This document shows positions 25,244 through 34,370 of a stretch of DNA of 57,458 nucleotides, piece by piece. The translations under genes were made by a program, and so were the position numbers. The notes under the pieces were generated by a model. The model saw only the letters and a list, made by a program, of their open reading frames with translations. It was not told the DNA's origin and did no database searches. This stretch comes from a virus. Its lineage: Duplodnaviria; Caudoviricetes. The stretch's first letter is position 1. Every line of letters starts with the position of its first letter. The stretch is taken from positions 1-57,458 of the IMG/VR virus record IMGVR_UViG_3300025418_000002. One strand, 5' to 3'.

Positions 25244-26551
25244 TTACGACTGTTTAGATTCAAGAGCCGCAATGCGCGCCTCTAGTTCTTTGTTTGATTC
25301 TATAAGCAATGCAACAATATTTTGATATGATACAGCATATTTATCACCAAATGGCTGAGACACAACTTCTGGCAAAATTCCAATTACCTCTTGTGCAATT
25401 AAACCAATGCTTTTTTCCGTAAAACCAATTATATTGTAATAAACACCCCTAAGTTTTTTTACCTTATCTGTTGCATTAGATATTGTTTCTACGTTTTCCT
25501 TAATTCTTGCATCAGAAACAGAATACCACATACCAGTTGAGATATTCATAGCTGAATAATAGGTATAAGTTGGATTGCTAAATCCAATATAACCGTTCCC
25601 AGCACTAAAATCAGAAAATATTTTCCCCCCATAAGTCCCTAAAGAAATTGTTGGATAAGTATTCCCAGTCCCCACAGCGTTTGGGACATTTATAGTTCCG
25701 AATGTCCCTGTTCCGGCCAAAGCAGTAACGCTGCCAGCTATTAGGGTAACACTCCCTGCTGATGATTGATAACCGCTAGTTCCGGCATTGTAGCCATTAG
25801 CAGTAATGCTGCTAGACGCTCCAGATAAACTAATAGTTGCAGACGCTCCTGATAACGTCATGTTCCCATTGCTGACTAAAAGATTGCCGTTTGTTAAAGT
25901 TAATGTGTTTCCATAAGGAGCAGACCCTCCAGATAATGTAGCTGTAGTTAGCGTTAATCCCGGTATAGAAACAGTTCCATTTAATGTTGTTGTTTGCCCA
26001 GTTGGTGTATTTACAGTTAAGGGCCCGTTAACAGTAAGGGACCCATATGTGGAAGGAGCAAGAGGGCCAACAGTAAGATTTCCTGAAAATGTTTGATTGC
26101 CAGTTGCAAGCAAATAACCCGAAGCCGTAGCTGGAAGTGCAAGTATGGCGGATGTGCCATCAGAATAAATGATAGTTGATCCGGCTGTTGAAAGCGTAAC
26201 GCCAACGTCTGATGCGGAACCCTTAATTGTTATAGTGTATGAACCAAGGACGCCAGTATCAATTGTTACAACCCACATTCCTTGAATGTTGTTTTGAATG
26301 ATAAGAGAGGTGTTTTGGCTAATAGAACCAGATATTCTAATACGAACACCTGCAAGTCCAGCTCCAGTTGGATTTGACCCGGAATTACTAAGATTAATAG
26401 CGTTGCCAGAAGAACTACTAAGTGTAACCTGACCAGTCCCGCCAAATGCCTGGTCAATGTCCTGTATACTTAAATTTAATGTCTGGCCCCAATTAATATC
26501 ATTAATTGCTGGATAGGGTAAATTTTTATTTGCAGTATATGAAGTAGTCAT
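25244..26551 (-). CDS. Tail fibre/spike with a C-terminal peptidase S74 intramolecular chaperone
   Basis: SDARIKENV...KLRGVYY...GLIAQEV..ILPEVV...V.Y...VALLIE..KEL..RI. Confidence 0.88.
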   Translation of the reverse strand: MTTSYTANKNLPYPAINDINWGQTLNLSIQDIDQAFGGTGQVTLSSSSGNAINLSNSGSNPTGAGLAGVRIRISGSISQNTSLIIQNNIQGMWVVTIDTGVLGSYTITIKGSASDVGVTLSTAGSTIIYSDGTSAILALPATASGYLLATGNQTFSGNLTVGPLAPSTYGSLTVNGPLTVNTPTGQTTTLNGTVSIPGLTLTTATLSGGSAPYGNTLTLTNGNLLVSNGNMTLSGASATISLSGASSSITANGYNAGTSGYQSSAGSVTLIAGSVTALAGTGTFGTINVPNAVGTGNTYPTISLGTYGGKIFSDFSAGNGYIGFSNPTYTYYSAMNISTGMWYSVSDARIKENVETISNATDKVKKLRGVYYNIIGFTEKSIGLIAQEVIGILPEVVSQPFGDKYAVSYQNIVALLIESNKELEARIAALESKQS

Positions 26552-26559
26552 GTTGCCCC

Positions 26560-29262
26560 TCAGATATGGTTGTTTGCTACTTTAAGTGCGCTGACAACAT
26601 TTTCATCAGGCTCCTCAAGCAAAGACTTTGTTTCTGACTGTATTTGCTTCTTAGCATTTTCAGCCATTTTAATAAGTTTTTCAGCCGTCATTGCGGCGCC
26701 AGTTCTTCCGCCTGTTGCTCTTTTTGTTCTGTCTTTAGAAAAAGCAGTTTGCTCTAAAAATGCAGGATAAGCAATTTTAGGAATAGTCCTACCTAAAGAA
26801 TTAGCAGTGCCCTCAATGGCTCCACTTAAAGAAGAAAATGCCTCAGGAGATGGCTTTCTTAACAATTTAGCCATTAATGCTGGATCACGCATGGCTTGCT
26901 GTAAAAGCTGCATAGCGGCATCTTGAGTTGTGCCATACAGGAAAGTATTGAAACTCGAAACAACAGGGGCCGTTAATTTACTGCCAACACCTAGCACTCT
27001 TGCAGCAGCAGCCCCAAAAGGAGCTCCCGAAGCAGCCGCAGAAACATTCTCAGCAATATGGCCAAGGACAGCCGCCGCCGCCACATCAGAAATGGCGCCA
27101 GTGGCCCTGCCGTAAATAATTGACATGATATTATTGTTAGCCAGCTTATCTAGCGTCTTTGTTCCAGCTACTTTTCCAGCAGGAAGTTTTGAGACGACTT
27201 TTGCCGAACGGTGCAACGCATCAAGATAGGCCTGAAGGTTTGTATTATTTCCAGCAATTCTACTCAATTCATGACTGTGTTGATCCATGAATTGAGCTAA
27301 AGCCTTAGGATTATTTCTATTGGCTATTGATTGGAAGTTTTCAGTTAGCTGCCGCATCCTTGCGGCCTCAGCTGATTCACCCGCTCTTTGAGCAATATTA
27401 GAAATTCTCTCCCGTAAACCAGGAACCTCATTAACAAGGGCTGCGGTTTTAGGGTCAGACAAAAACTTAGTTACATCTTTAGGCGTAACATTAATGTTGG
27501 TGCCGTTTTTAGTTAATTTGCCAATAAGCCAGTTTGAGGCCGCTTCATCAACATTAACGCCTGGAAGGTCCCTAATTTGCCGTAAATTTTGAACAGCGTT
27601 AGGACCAGAAAACATCCTGTCAAATGTTGCTTCGCCAGCAATTTTAGCCCCGCCACCTTGAAGGTCAGAAACCAAATCACTGACAAATTTAGGGCCAAAA
27701 GTTGAATGGTAGTCAGCAGTTGCAGCTCTAGCGTTATTCCAAGCAGACCTTTGGCCAATATTCCTAAAATCAAAAATAACATTATCTTCATTATTTATAA
27801 TTTCTGCTAATTTTGCCCCTAACTCATTATTTACAAACTGTCCAAAATTATCTCCCTTTCTACCAGCTTCCCTTCCGGCAGATAAAACCTGGGACCGTAA
27901 ATCTTGAACATGGGAGAGTGGTATATTCCCCGTTTCCATTCCCCTAATCTGGTCCATAACATCAATAACATTTTTTGGTATCATCTGCATACGTGAAGGG
28001 GAAAGTTCATCTAAGTAACTGTCAATAGTATTTATTACCTTGTTTCTTTCCAGGGCGGCCCCCTTTAAGCTTGGATTATCCCACGCATTTTTTACAGCCC
28101 TGTCTTTTTCTTCTTCAAGAGCCTCAACAACACTTTTAACATGTCTTGCCGCTTCGCCTTGAGGATTAAAGCCTGTTGGAAGCCCAACAGCGGCCTCCAT
28201 ATCAACAGAAGGTATTTCACCAGCAACTCTTTGGGGAGCCCTAGCAGCGGCGGCGGATGTAGATTGCTCAGAAAGAGCTTCTTGAGCCTTTCTTAACGCA
28301 AGCTCAGTGTCAGACTCTTTTTGTCCTGCTCTTTCAAAAATATTCTCAAGACCTTTAGCCTCACCACCACCAAGAACCTGCGCAGTTGTTGGCTCAACGC
28401 CTGGAATATATCTGTCTGTTGGCGCAAGCTCCCTTGCCGCAACTTCACCCTCTAACCTTGTCGCCGCCTTTTCTGGTTCAGCAAAAGCCTCTCTTGCAAC
28501 TTGGCCAGCAATCTTTTCAGCTCTTGCTTGAACAGCCGGGGCACTTCGTGCTTCCATAGCCGCCGCACCAGCTGTTCCAGCTAAGGCACCAGGAAGGGCG
28601 CCAATTAATCTTGCCGCTGTCTCGTAGTCAGTGCCTTTTGTAGCCTGGCCAGCAGCCTCTGATGTTAACCCAGATAAGGCTCCAGTTGTCATGCGCTGAC
28701 CAAGAGTTCCCGGTCCAGCTAAAGATGCTCCCGCAAACTCACCCGCAGTCTGTCCAAACTTGCCAGGAATTGTTTTTGCTTCATAAGAGGGCATGCCAGC
28801 ACGTTTTGCTGTTTCTACTACGCCTCTTCCCGTTATTACGGGGACGCCCAAAATACTGGTCACTTCGCCGCGTTTTTCAGCTTCCGACCTTGGCGCAACT
28901 TCCTCACCAAGTTTTTTGCCAGCTTCAATAAATTGTTCAGCCGTTTTACCTTGCGGAAGAAGACCAGCCTTTTCCGCAAGTTTAACTGCCCCGTAAGTGG
29001 CCTTTTCAGCCCCAAGATCATAGAGCTGGCCAAGAGAGCCAATAATACCAGGGGTTGAAACAACGCCAGTTGCTAATCCTGAAGCGGTTCCTTTAGCAAC
29101 ATCCTCAGCAATACCAGGCTTGCCTTCATGAACCACAGGAGGAGGCGCATATTCTTTTGGCATTGGCGCAAAGGTCATTGCCGGCGCGCGTTCTTCCTTC
29201 TTCTCTTCTTTGCGAAGATGTGGAGGTGCGTAGTCTTCTGGCATTGACTCAAAGTCATCCAT
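26560..29262 (-). CDS. Large internal (ejection) virion protein
   Basis: 900 aa, Ala/Gly-rich helical, in the typical podovirus ejection-gene position; RATGGR near the C-terminus. Confidence 0.7.
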   Translation of the reverse strand: MDDFESMPEDYAPPHLRKEEKKEERAPAMTFAPMPKEYAPPPVVHEGKPGIAEDVAKGTASGLATGVVSTPGIIGSLGQLYDLGAEKATYGAVKLAEKAGLLPQGKTAEQFIEAGKKLGEEVAPRSEAEKRGEVTSILGVPVITGRGVVETAKRAGMPSYEAKTIPGKFGQTAGEFAGASLAGPGTLGQRMTTGALSGLTSEAAGQATKGTDYETAARLIGALPGALAGTAGAAAMEARSAPAVQARAEKIAGQVAREAFAEPEKAATRLEGEVAARELAPTDRYIPGVEPTTAQVLGGGEAKGLENIFERAGQKESDTELALRKAQEALSEQSTSAAAARAPQRVAGEIPSVDMEAAVGLPTGFNPQGEAARHVKSVVEALEEEKDRAVKNAWDNPSLKGAALERNKVINTIDSYLDELSPSRMQMIPKNVIDVMDQIRGMETGNIPLSHVQDLRSQVLSAGREAGRKGDNFGQFVNNELGAKLAEIINNEDNVIFDFRNIGQRSAWNNARAATADYHSTFGPKFVSDLVSDLQGGGAKIAGEATFDRMFSGPNAVQNLRQIRDLPGVNVDEAASNWLIGKLTKNGTNINVTPKDVTKFLSDPKTAALVNEVPGLRERISNIAQRAGESAEAARMRQLTENFQSIANRNNPKALAQFMDQHSHELSRIAGNNTNLQAYLDALHRSAKVVSKLPAGKVAGTKTLDKLANNNIMSIIYGRATGAISDVAAAAVLGHIAENVSAAASGAPFGAAAARVLGVGSKLTAPVVSSFNTFLYGTTQDAAMQLLQQAMRDPALMAKLLRKPSPEAFSSLSGAIEGTANSLGRTIPKIAYPAFLEQTAFSKDRTKRATGGRTGAAMTAEKLIKMAENAKKQIQSETKSLLEEPDENVVSALKVANNHI

Positions 29263-29266
29263 GTCC

Positions 29267-32200
29267 TTAGCGCCCCATTAACTTGTCAGTTATGCCATTA
29301 CCAAAGTTCTTATCAATATATTCTCTTACAGTTTGACCATTTGAATATTTCCCATTTGGACCAAACTTCCTAAGGTCTTCAATTGCTCTTGGATTAACTG
29401 TCGAGAGAATAGCCCTATCAGCATATTTTTGCGGCGGGTTTAACTCTCTAAACGCATTTTCTGCGCCTTTAATTGTTTGGTATTTTGCCGCATATTTTTC
29501 CATGAAAGTAAGTTTGTCTTGCTCATATTTTGCAGCTTCTTTTAATCCAGCCGTAATACGCTGGAATCCAAGTTGGGTATTTTCCATGCCTGGATTTGCC
29601 GCAATAGAACGCTCAACAATAAATCCTGGCTCATGTCCAAGACCTTGCGCAGTAGCAAATCCTAGTCGCGTTGTATCTTTTGCTAACGTCTCTGCCGCAG
29701 CTACGTTGCTTGGGTCAAAGAGAGGCTTGCCGCCAATCATGGCGACAATGCCATTGATGTCTTTTGCAATTTGAGTCCGTTGCGCAGCATAAGGACCCCA
29801 CTCCAACCATCCCTCACTAGGAATGTTTTTGGATTGGTTTTCCATTTCATCAATGCGGTAAAGTTGATTGTAAGAAGCGTTTGCAAGCGCCCTTTGCTTA
29901 TCAACCTCTGTCTTTGATGACTCTATTTCCTTTTCCAATGCCCCAGGCGTCATTGCAATATTGTAAGCGCCTGTAGGGGGTTGCATTGTGGATGGGATGT
30001 CTGTTGTTGCTTTCCAATTAGCTGCGGAGCCAATTTGATCTTTGCCAATTGGCTTCACCTCTGTTGGTGGAGCCTCTATTGGTTTTTCTCCACCAACTGC
30101 TGTTGGAACTTCATTTGGGTGAGGAGCATTAGAAAGCGGCCTACCTTCAACATCAGAAATTGGCGTTGGGATTTGATTTGGATCATCCTTACGGTTGATG
30201 GTCCAACCAACATTTGGAATCCATTTTTTCTCATAGAGCTCACTAAGAGCTTTTTTAGTTTCAGCTTCCACAAACTTTTGTTCAGCGCCAAGCTTGCCAG
30301 TTCGGGCTCCAACCTCACCTGTTTCAGCACGAGTTTTAGCGGCTTCTTCAGCAGTTTTAAGAGCCTCTTGTCCAATTTTCTTAGTTTCAGCAGAAATTTT
30401 TGGAACTTCCATATAAGAAGCTGCGCCTGCTCCAAGTCCTTTTAATAAAGCGGGAGCAAAGAAGCGGCTTTTAGACTCAGACATTGCACCTAAGCCAGAA
30501 AGCAATGGAACAATAAACCGTTCACTGGTTAAAAAGTCTAATGCCTTCTCCCCTACACCTTCAGGGGCTGTTCCTCTAAGGAATCCAGAAATGCCTTCAC
30601 CTTGTTGCGGTGCTTCAGTTGCAGAAGATGGTGGGGAAATACCAGCCCCCTTGACTGTTGTAGCCATCATGCTGAGCTGTTCCGGCGTCATTTCGCTTAA
30701 ATCAGGCATACCTGCGCCAGCAAGGCCTAAGGCCTTAGGAACATAATCACGGGTCTCTTGCGGAAGAAGAGACATTACATCTCCACCTGGGCCAGCCTTA
30801 TCCAAGGCTTTCTGAACACGCCCAGGGCCAGCATTGTAAGCGGCTAAAGCTAATTCAGGAGTTCCAAATCTTTTTAACTGAGCATCATAGTAAGCTTTAC
30901 CGAGGGCCTTGTTATAGCCTTCATCACTACGAACCCGCTCTGGGTCATATTCTAAGCCAGCAAGTTTAGCAGCCTCCGGGGCGGTTGAAGGCATAATTTG
31001 AGCAATGCCTTCCGCACCTTTAGGAGACGTTAGAACACGACCCTTCTTATCAAATTGGCTACGGCCTGACTCGGCTCCTAACAAACCTTTTTCAAATATA
31101 TCATCATCTGAAACATCATCATCAGGGCCACCATCTTTATATGCGGCGCGAGGAACTGAACCGCCGTCTTTTAGAAGCAATAATGGACCAAGAGCAGCAA
31201 GACCCTCACCAATGCTACTTAACAGTCCACTTCCGGCAGAAGCAGCAGACCCAAGGCCAGCCATCAAGGAATCACCAAGACCGGCACTTGTGGCGCCAGC
31301 CGCCCCACTATCCCCTATAACGCCGGGAATGCTAAACATTCCCTGTCCAAGATTTGCGCTTTTAGCGGCGTCTGAAGCAAGGCCAGAAAGCTTGCCACCA
31401 GTAAGTGAGTCAAGTCCCTTTAATTCACCAAGCGCAGACTTGCCCTGACCATATAAATCAGAAAGAGCACTTAGGCCGGACTTCCCTGAGCTTGTTGGTG
31501 ATGAAAATGGCAGTGGAGACATAGCAGCCATAGTAGGAACATTAGAAGCCTTTGTTGGCTTGATATTCAAATAACCAATGCCGCCATAAAGACCTTCTGA
31601 TGGATCATATTGACTTGATTGACCAGTCCCACCATCAGCAAAGCCACCTCGTGCATAATCACCTGATCCCGTTACACCACCACCAAGTCTTTCTTCAGAA
31701 CCATTAATTGCGCCACCTGATGCAGCCAACGTAGTCCCAAAAAATGAAAGTGGAACTTGTTGGGTTTGTGACCCATATTGATTTGTGCTTTGAGTTTGCC
31801 CGTATAATGGTCCAAGCTGAGAAGCAATATTTGCAGCATATTGGCCAACCTGAAATGGGAAAGCCTGAGACATAAGATATTGGTTGTAAAGTGCTTGCAA
31901 CCCTGCTTGAGCCGTCTGCTGTTCAGTCCCACCTGCACCCATAAGAGCCTGGGCAGCTTGAATTTGAGCTGTTTGTGCGCCAGCACCCAACCCACCCATA
32001 AGTTGTGCGGCTTGAAGCTTTCTAGTTAAATCAGCTTGCTGTTGCGTCTGTTGCTGCTCATAAGCTTGGCGACCTAATGTTCCAATATTGGCATATTGAT
32101 CACCAGCCTGAAGAAGACGCGAAAGGTCTGCCTGCTGAAGCTGACCAGCCGTAGAACCAAATTGACCCATAGCCTGGCTGGCAGCCAATTGACGCGCACG

Positions 32201-32950
32201 GTCTGCTTGGCTGGCTTGCTGAGACTGAAATGCAGCGTTAAGGGCCTGCCCATAGCCTTGCTGCATAATGTCGCCGTAAGTCTTGCCGCTAGACATTTCT
32301 TGCTGCGCAGCCAACGTAGCAGCGGCAATACCTGCCCTATCTCCACCAAAAGCCCCTTGCTGAATAGCCTGACCAGTTTGGCCAGCCATTGCCTGCTCTT
32401 GCTGTTGCTTTAAGAAGGCCATTGTCGGGTCAGCGACATCCTTCAAATATGGAGACATAAAACTCTGGATCTGCTGCTGACCAACAGGAGTGGTTAATTG
32501 AGATGCTTGTTGAGCAAGACCAAAACCAGAAGTTAGATACGGATTGGCAGCTTGATACCCCCCAGGGGCTGTGGCGGCCTGTTGTGTATATTGTGCCGCT
32601 GTGTTGTAATATGGCTGAGACTTTTCAGCTATATTAAAATCAGATACATTTTGACCACCAGCTCCTGCCGCCATCCCTAGCGCCGCTTGGTAGGCCGGCT
32701 GTGCTGTGTTTTGCGCCTGTCTAAGGTCCCATATTGACTGTAATTGATCTTGATTAAGCTGCGCCACAAAAGACGAAGGGTCTGAACTATATGGCTGAAA
32801 CTGCCTGTAGGCAGCCGACATAGCTATAGATCCAGCAGGATTGTAATAACCCTCTGCGACACCAGGAAGTGCAGTAACAGTCTGGTTTCCACCTTGAGTA
32901 GTATTTTGAATAGTTGGAGCAGAATTGGACGAAGAACCAAAATTACACAT
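29267..32950 (-). CDS. Large ejection protein with an SLT lytic transglycosylase domain
   Basis: Q/A/G-rich N-terminus; AESG...SPKGAEGIAQIMPSTA...ALAAYNAGPGRV...ETRDYV; several xxxGG motifs precede the enzyme domain. Confidence 0.85.
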   Translation of the reverse strand: MCNFGSSSNSAPTIQNTTQGGNQTVTALPGVAEGYYNPAGSIAMSAAYRQFQPYSSDPSSFVAQLNQDQLQSIWDLRQAQNTAQPAYQAALGMAAGAGGQNVSDFNIAEKSQPYYNTAAQYTQQAATAPGGYQAANPYLTSGFGLAQQASQLTTPVGQQQIQSFMSPYLKDVADPTMAFLKQQQEQAMAGQTGQAIQQGAFGGDRAGIAAATLAAQQEMSSGKTYGDIMQQGYGQALNAAFQSQQASQADRARQLAASQAMGQFGSTAGQLQQADLSRLLQAGDQYANIGTLGRQAYEQQQTQQQADLTRKLQAAQLMGGLGAGAQTAQIQAAQALMGAGGTEQQTAQAGLQALYNQYLMSQAFPFQVGQYAANIASQLGPLYGQTQSTNQYGSQTQQVPLSFFGTTLAASGGAINGSEERLGGGVTGSGDYARGGFADGGTGQSSQYDPSEGLYGGIGYLNIKPTKASNVPTMAAMSPLPFSSPTSSGKSGLSALSDLYGQGKSALGELKGLDSLTGGKLSGLASDAAKSANLGQGMFSIPGVIGDSGAAGATSAGLGDSLMAGLGSAASAGSGLLSSIGEGLAALGPLLLLKDGGSVPRAAYKDGGPDDDVSDDDIFEKGLLGAESGRSQFDKKGRVLTSPKGAEGIAQIMPSTAPEAAKLAGLEYDPERVRSDEGYNKALGKAYYDAQLKRFGTPELALAAYNAGPGRVQKALDKAGPGGDVMSLLPQETRDYVPKALGLAGAGMPDLSEMTPEQLSMMATTVKGAGISPPSSATEAPQQGEGISGFLRGTAPEGVGEKALDFLTSERFIVPLLSGLGAMSESKSRFFAPALLKGLGAGAASYMEVPKISAETKKIGQEALKTAEEAAKTRAETGEVGARTGKLGAEQKFVEAETKKALSELYEKKWIPNVGWTINRKDDPNQIPTPISDVEGRPLSNAPHPNEVPTAVGGEKPIEAPPTEVKPIGKDQIGSAANWKATTDIPSTMQPPTGAYNIAMTPGALEKEIESSKTEVDKQRALANASYNQLYRIDEMENQSKNIPSEGWLEWGPYAAQRTQIAKDINGIVAMIGGKPLFDPSNVAAAETLAKDTTRLGFATAQGLGHEPGFIVERSIAANPGMENTQLGFQRITAGLKEAAKYEQDKLTFMEKYAAKYQTIKGAENAFRELNPPQKYADRAILSTVNPRAIEDLRKFGPNGKYSNGQTVREYIDKNFGNGITDKLMGR

Positions 32951-32973
32951 ACCGTCTCTCCAAGCCCCTTAGG

Positions 32974-33474
32974 CTATATGCTGTTTGCAGCATTTTCTTT
33001 CCACTCGCCAGTTTTGGCTCCATATGTATACGTCACACCTGATGGTTTACCAAATAATCTGTTGTAAAGCTTTATTTTGCTTTCGGTTCTTTGATTAGAA
33101 AGAATGCCTATCATAAGCGTCATTTTGAGCTCATCAGCTGTCTTTTTACTGAACTCACACAACTTACGAGCCCTCCCGCCTTTTGCGCTTCTGAAATCAG
33201 GATGCACAAAGACGGTTTTTTCTTCTATTATAGACGTATCAGAATACCATAAATTTCCTATCCTTAACAATACAAAGCCCTCTAAAGGCCCGCCAACTGG
33301 ACCAATCACGCCAATAATTCCCCTATCCTGATGAAGAGAAGGGACAACATCATATAGAATTTTATCAATATTAGGCTCAGACAGTCCGTTTTCATCACAA
33401 ACCATTAAAGCCATTTTCATTATTTCATGCAGGTCTTCTGGACCTCCAACTCTTACTTTTACTTCCTCAGCCAT
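32974..33474 (-). CDS. GNAT-fold acetyltransferase-like protein
   Basis: VRVG..EDL..I, EGFVLL, E...FVHPDFRS...ARKL, LY.R. Confidence 0.7.
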   Translation of the reverse strand: MAEEVKVRVGGPEDLHEIMKMALMVCDENGLSEPNIDKILYDVVPSLHQDRGIIGVIGPVGGPLEGFVLLRIGNLWYSDTSIIEEKTVFVHPDFRSAKGGRARKLCEFSKKTADELKMTLMIGILSNQRTESKIKLYNRLFGKPSGVTYTYGAKTGEWKENAANSI

Positions 33475-33487
33475 AACATTCCCTTCC

Positions 33488-33994
33488 TTAGTCCCGTTTA
33501 GGCCCCGGCAAATTTTTTAATGTCTCAACAGTTTTCGCCCTATATTTTTTTATCAAATCATCAAAAATACGGTGCCCTTGTTCTAGGATACCTTGACCTA
33601 CTCTTTTTACAGTGGAAGGGGACAAGACATATTCACCACCAGCCGCAATGATCTCAGTTGCTGGTTCAGGACCTAAAATTTGGCGCCCAAACATTTTGTT
33701 CAAAATCCTAAACCCAGCCATTGTATTACCTTCCCCCAAAGCAGAAACAATGTCTGCGGGAATGACATAAGCACCAGAAGGAACATGCATAGGAAGATGG
33801 TCAGTGCGGCCAGCAACAGGGCTATGAATAGGACCAACAAATGTTTTTGCTTCTGAAGCGCCACCTTCGGCATAAGATTGAAATGCCTCCTTTAATGAAG
33901 CGGCAACTGCCTGTTTATGCGGATGACCCGAACTAATCATCTCAGATATATTATATGAAATTGTTTTTGGGGATTTTCCCTTTTTAAGAGGCAT
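33488..33994 (-). CDS. Basic N-terminal module, YAEGG, then a tandem 'GEYV' domain (candidate processing factor)
   Basis: MPLKKGKSPKTISYNISEM..SG.P.KQAVA; GPIHSPVAGRTDHLP; repeats SGAYVIPADIVSALGEG....G.RI and GGEYVLSPSTVKRVGQG....G.RI. Confidence 0.75.
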   Translation of the reverse strand: MPLKKGKSPKTISYNISEMISSGHPHKQAVAASLKEAFQSYAEGGASEAKTFVGPIHSPVAGRTDHLPMHVPSGAYVIPADIVSALGEGNTMAGFRILNKMFGRQILGPEPATEIIAAGGEYVLSPSTVKRVGQGILEQGHRIFDDLIKKYRAKTVETLKNLPGPKRD

Positions 33995-34004
33995 AGTTAA
34001 ATCC

Positions 34005-34370
34005 TTAGTTTGTCGTATAACAGACAACTACTGTCTGGCCTGAACCTGGGCTGATAACGAGCCCACTAGAAAAATTAAATCCTATTTCAAAAATTCCAAC
34101 CGTAGCTGGTATTATAACAATTTGGTTGTCTGATATGGCTCCGCTCGGAGAAATGGCATTATATATTGTTCCAGCCGACCCAGAAACTAAAACAGATATT
34201 CTGACAATATAACCACTTCCTGTATAAAGAAGTGTTGTTGATCCTGATATTGGAGCAGATGTAACTTGTCCGCGTGTTTTATTGACGTAATCTTGCCAAG
34301 ACTTATTAAGGTTATTAAGGGCAATAACGCCATTTTTTTGTGTTGTAAGAATGTCGTCTAGAGTAGCCAC
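34005..34370 (-). CDS. Hypothetical structural protein
   Basis: Small beta-rich ORF coupled to the upstream stop. Confidence 0.7.
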   Translation of the reverse strand: MATLDDILTTQKNGVIALNNLNKSWQDYVNKTRGQVTSAPISGSTTLLYTGSGYIVRISVLVSGSAGTIYNAISPSGAISDNQIVIIPATVGIFEIGFNFSSGLVISPGSGQTVVVCYTTN

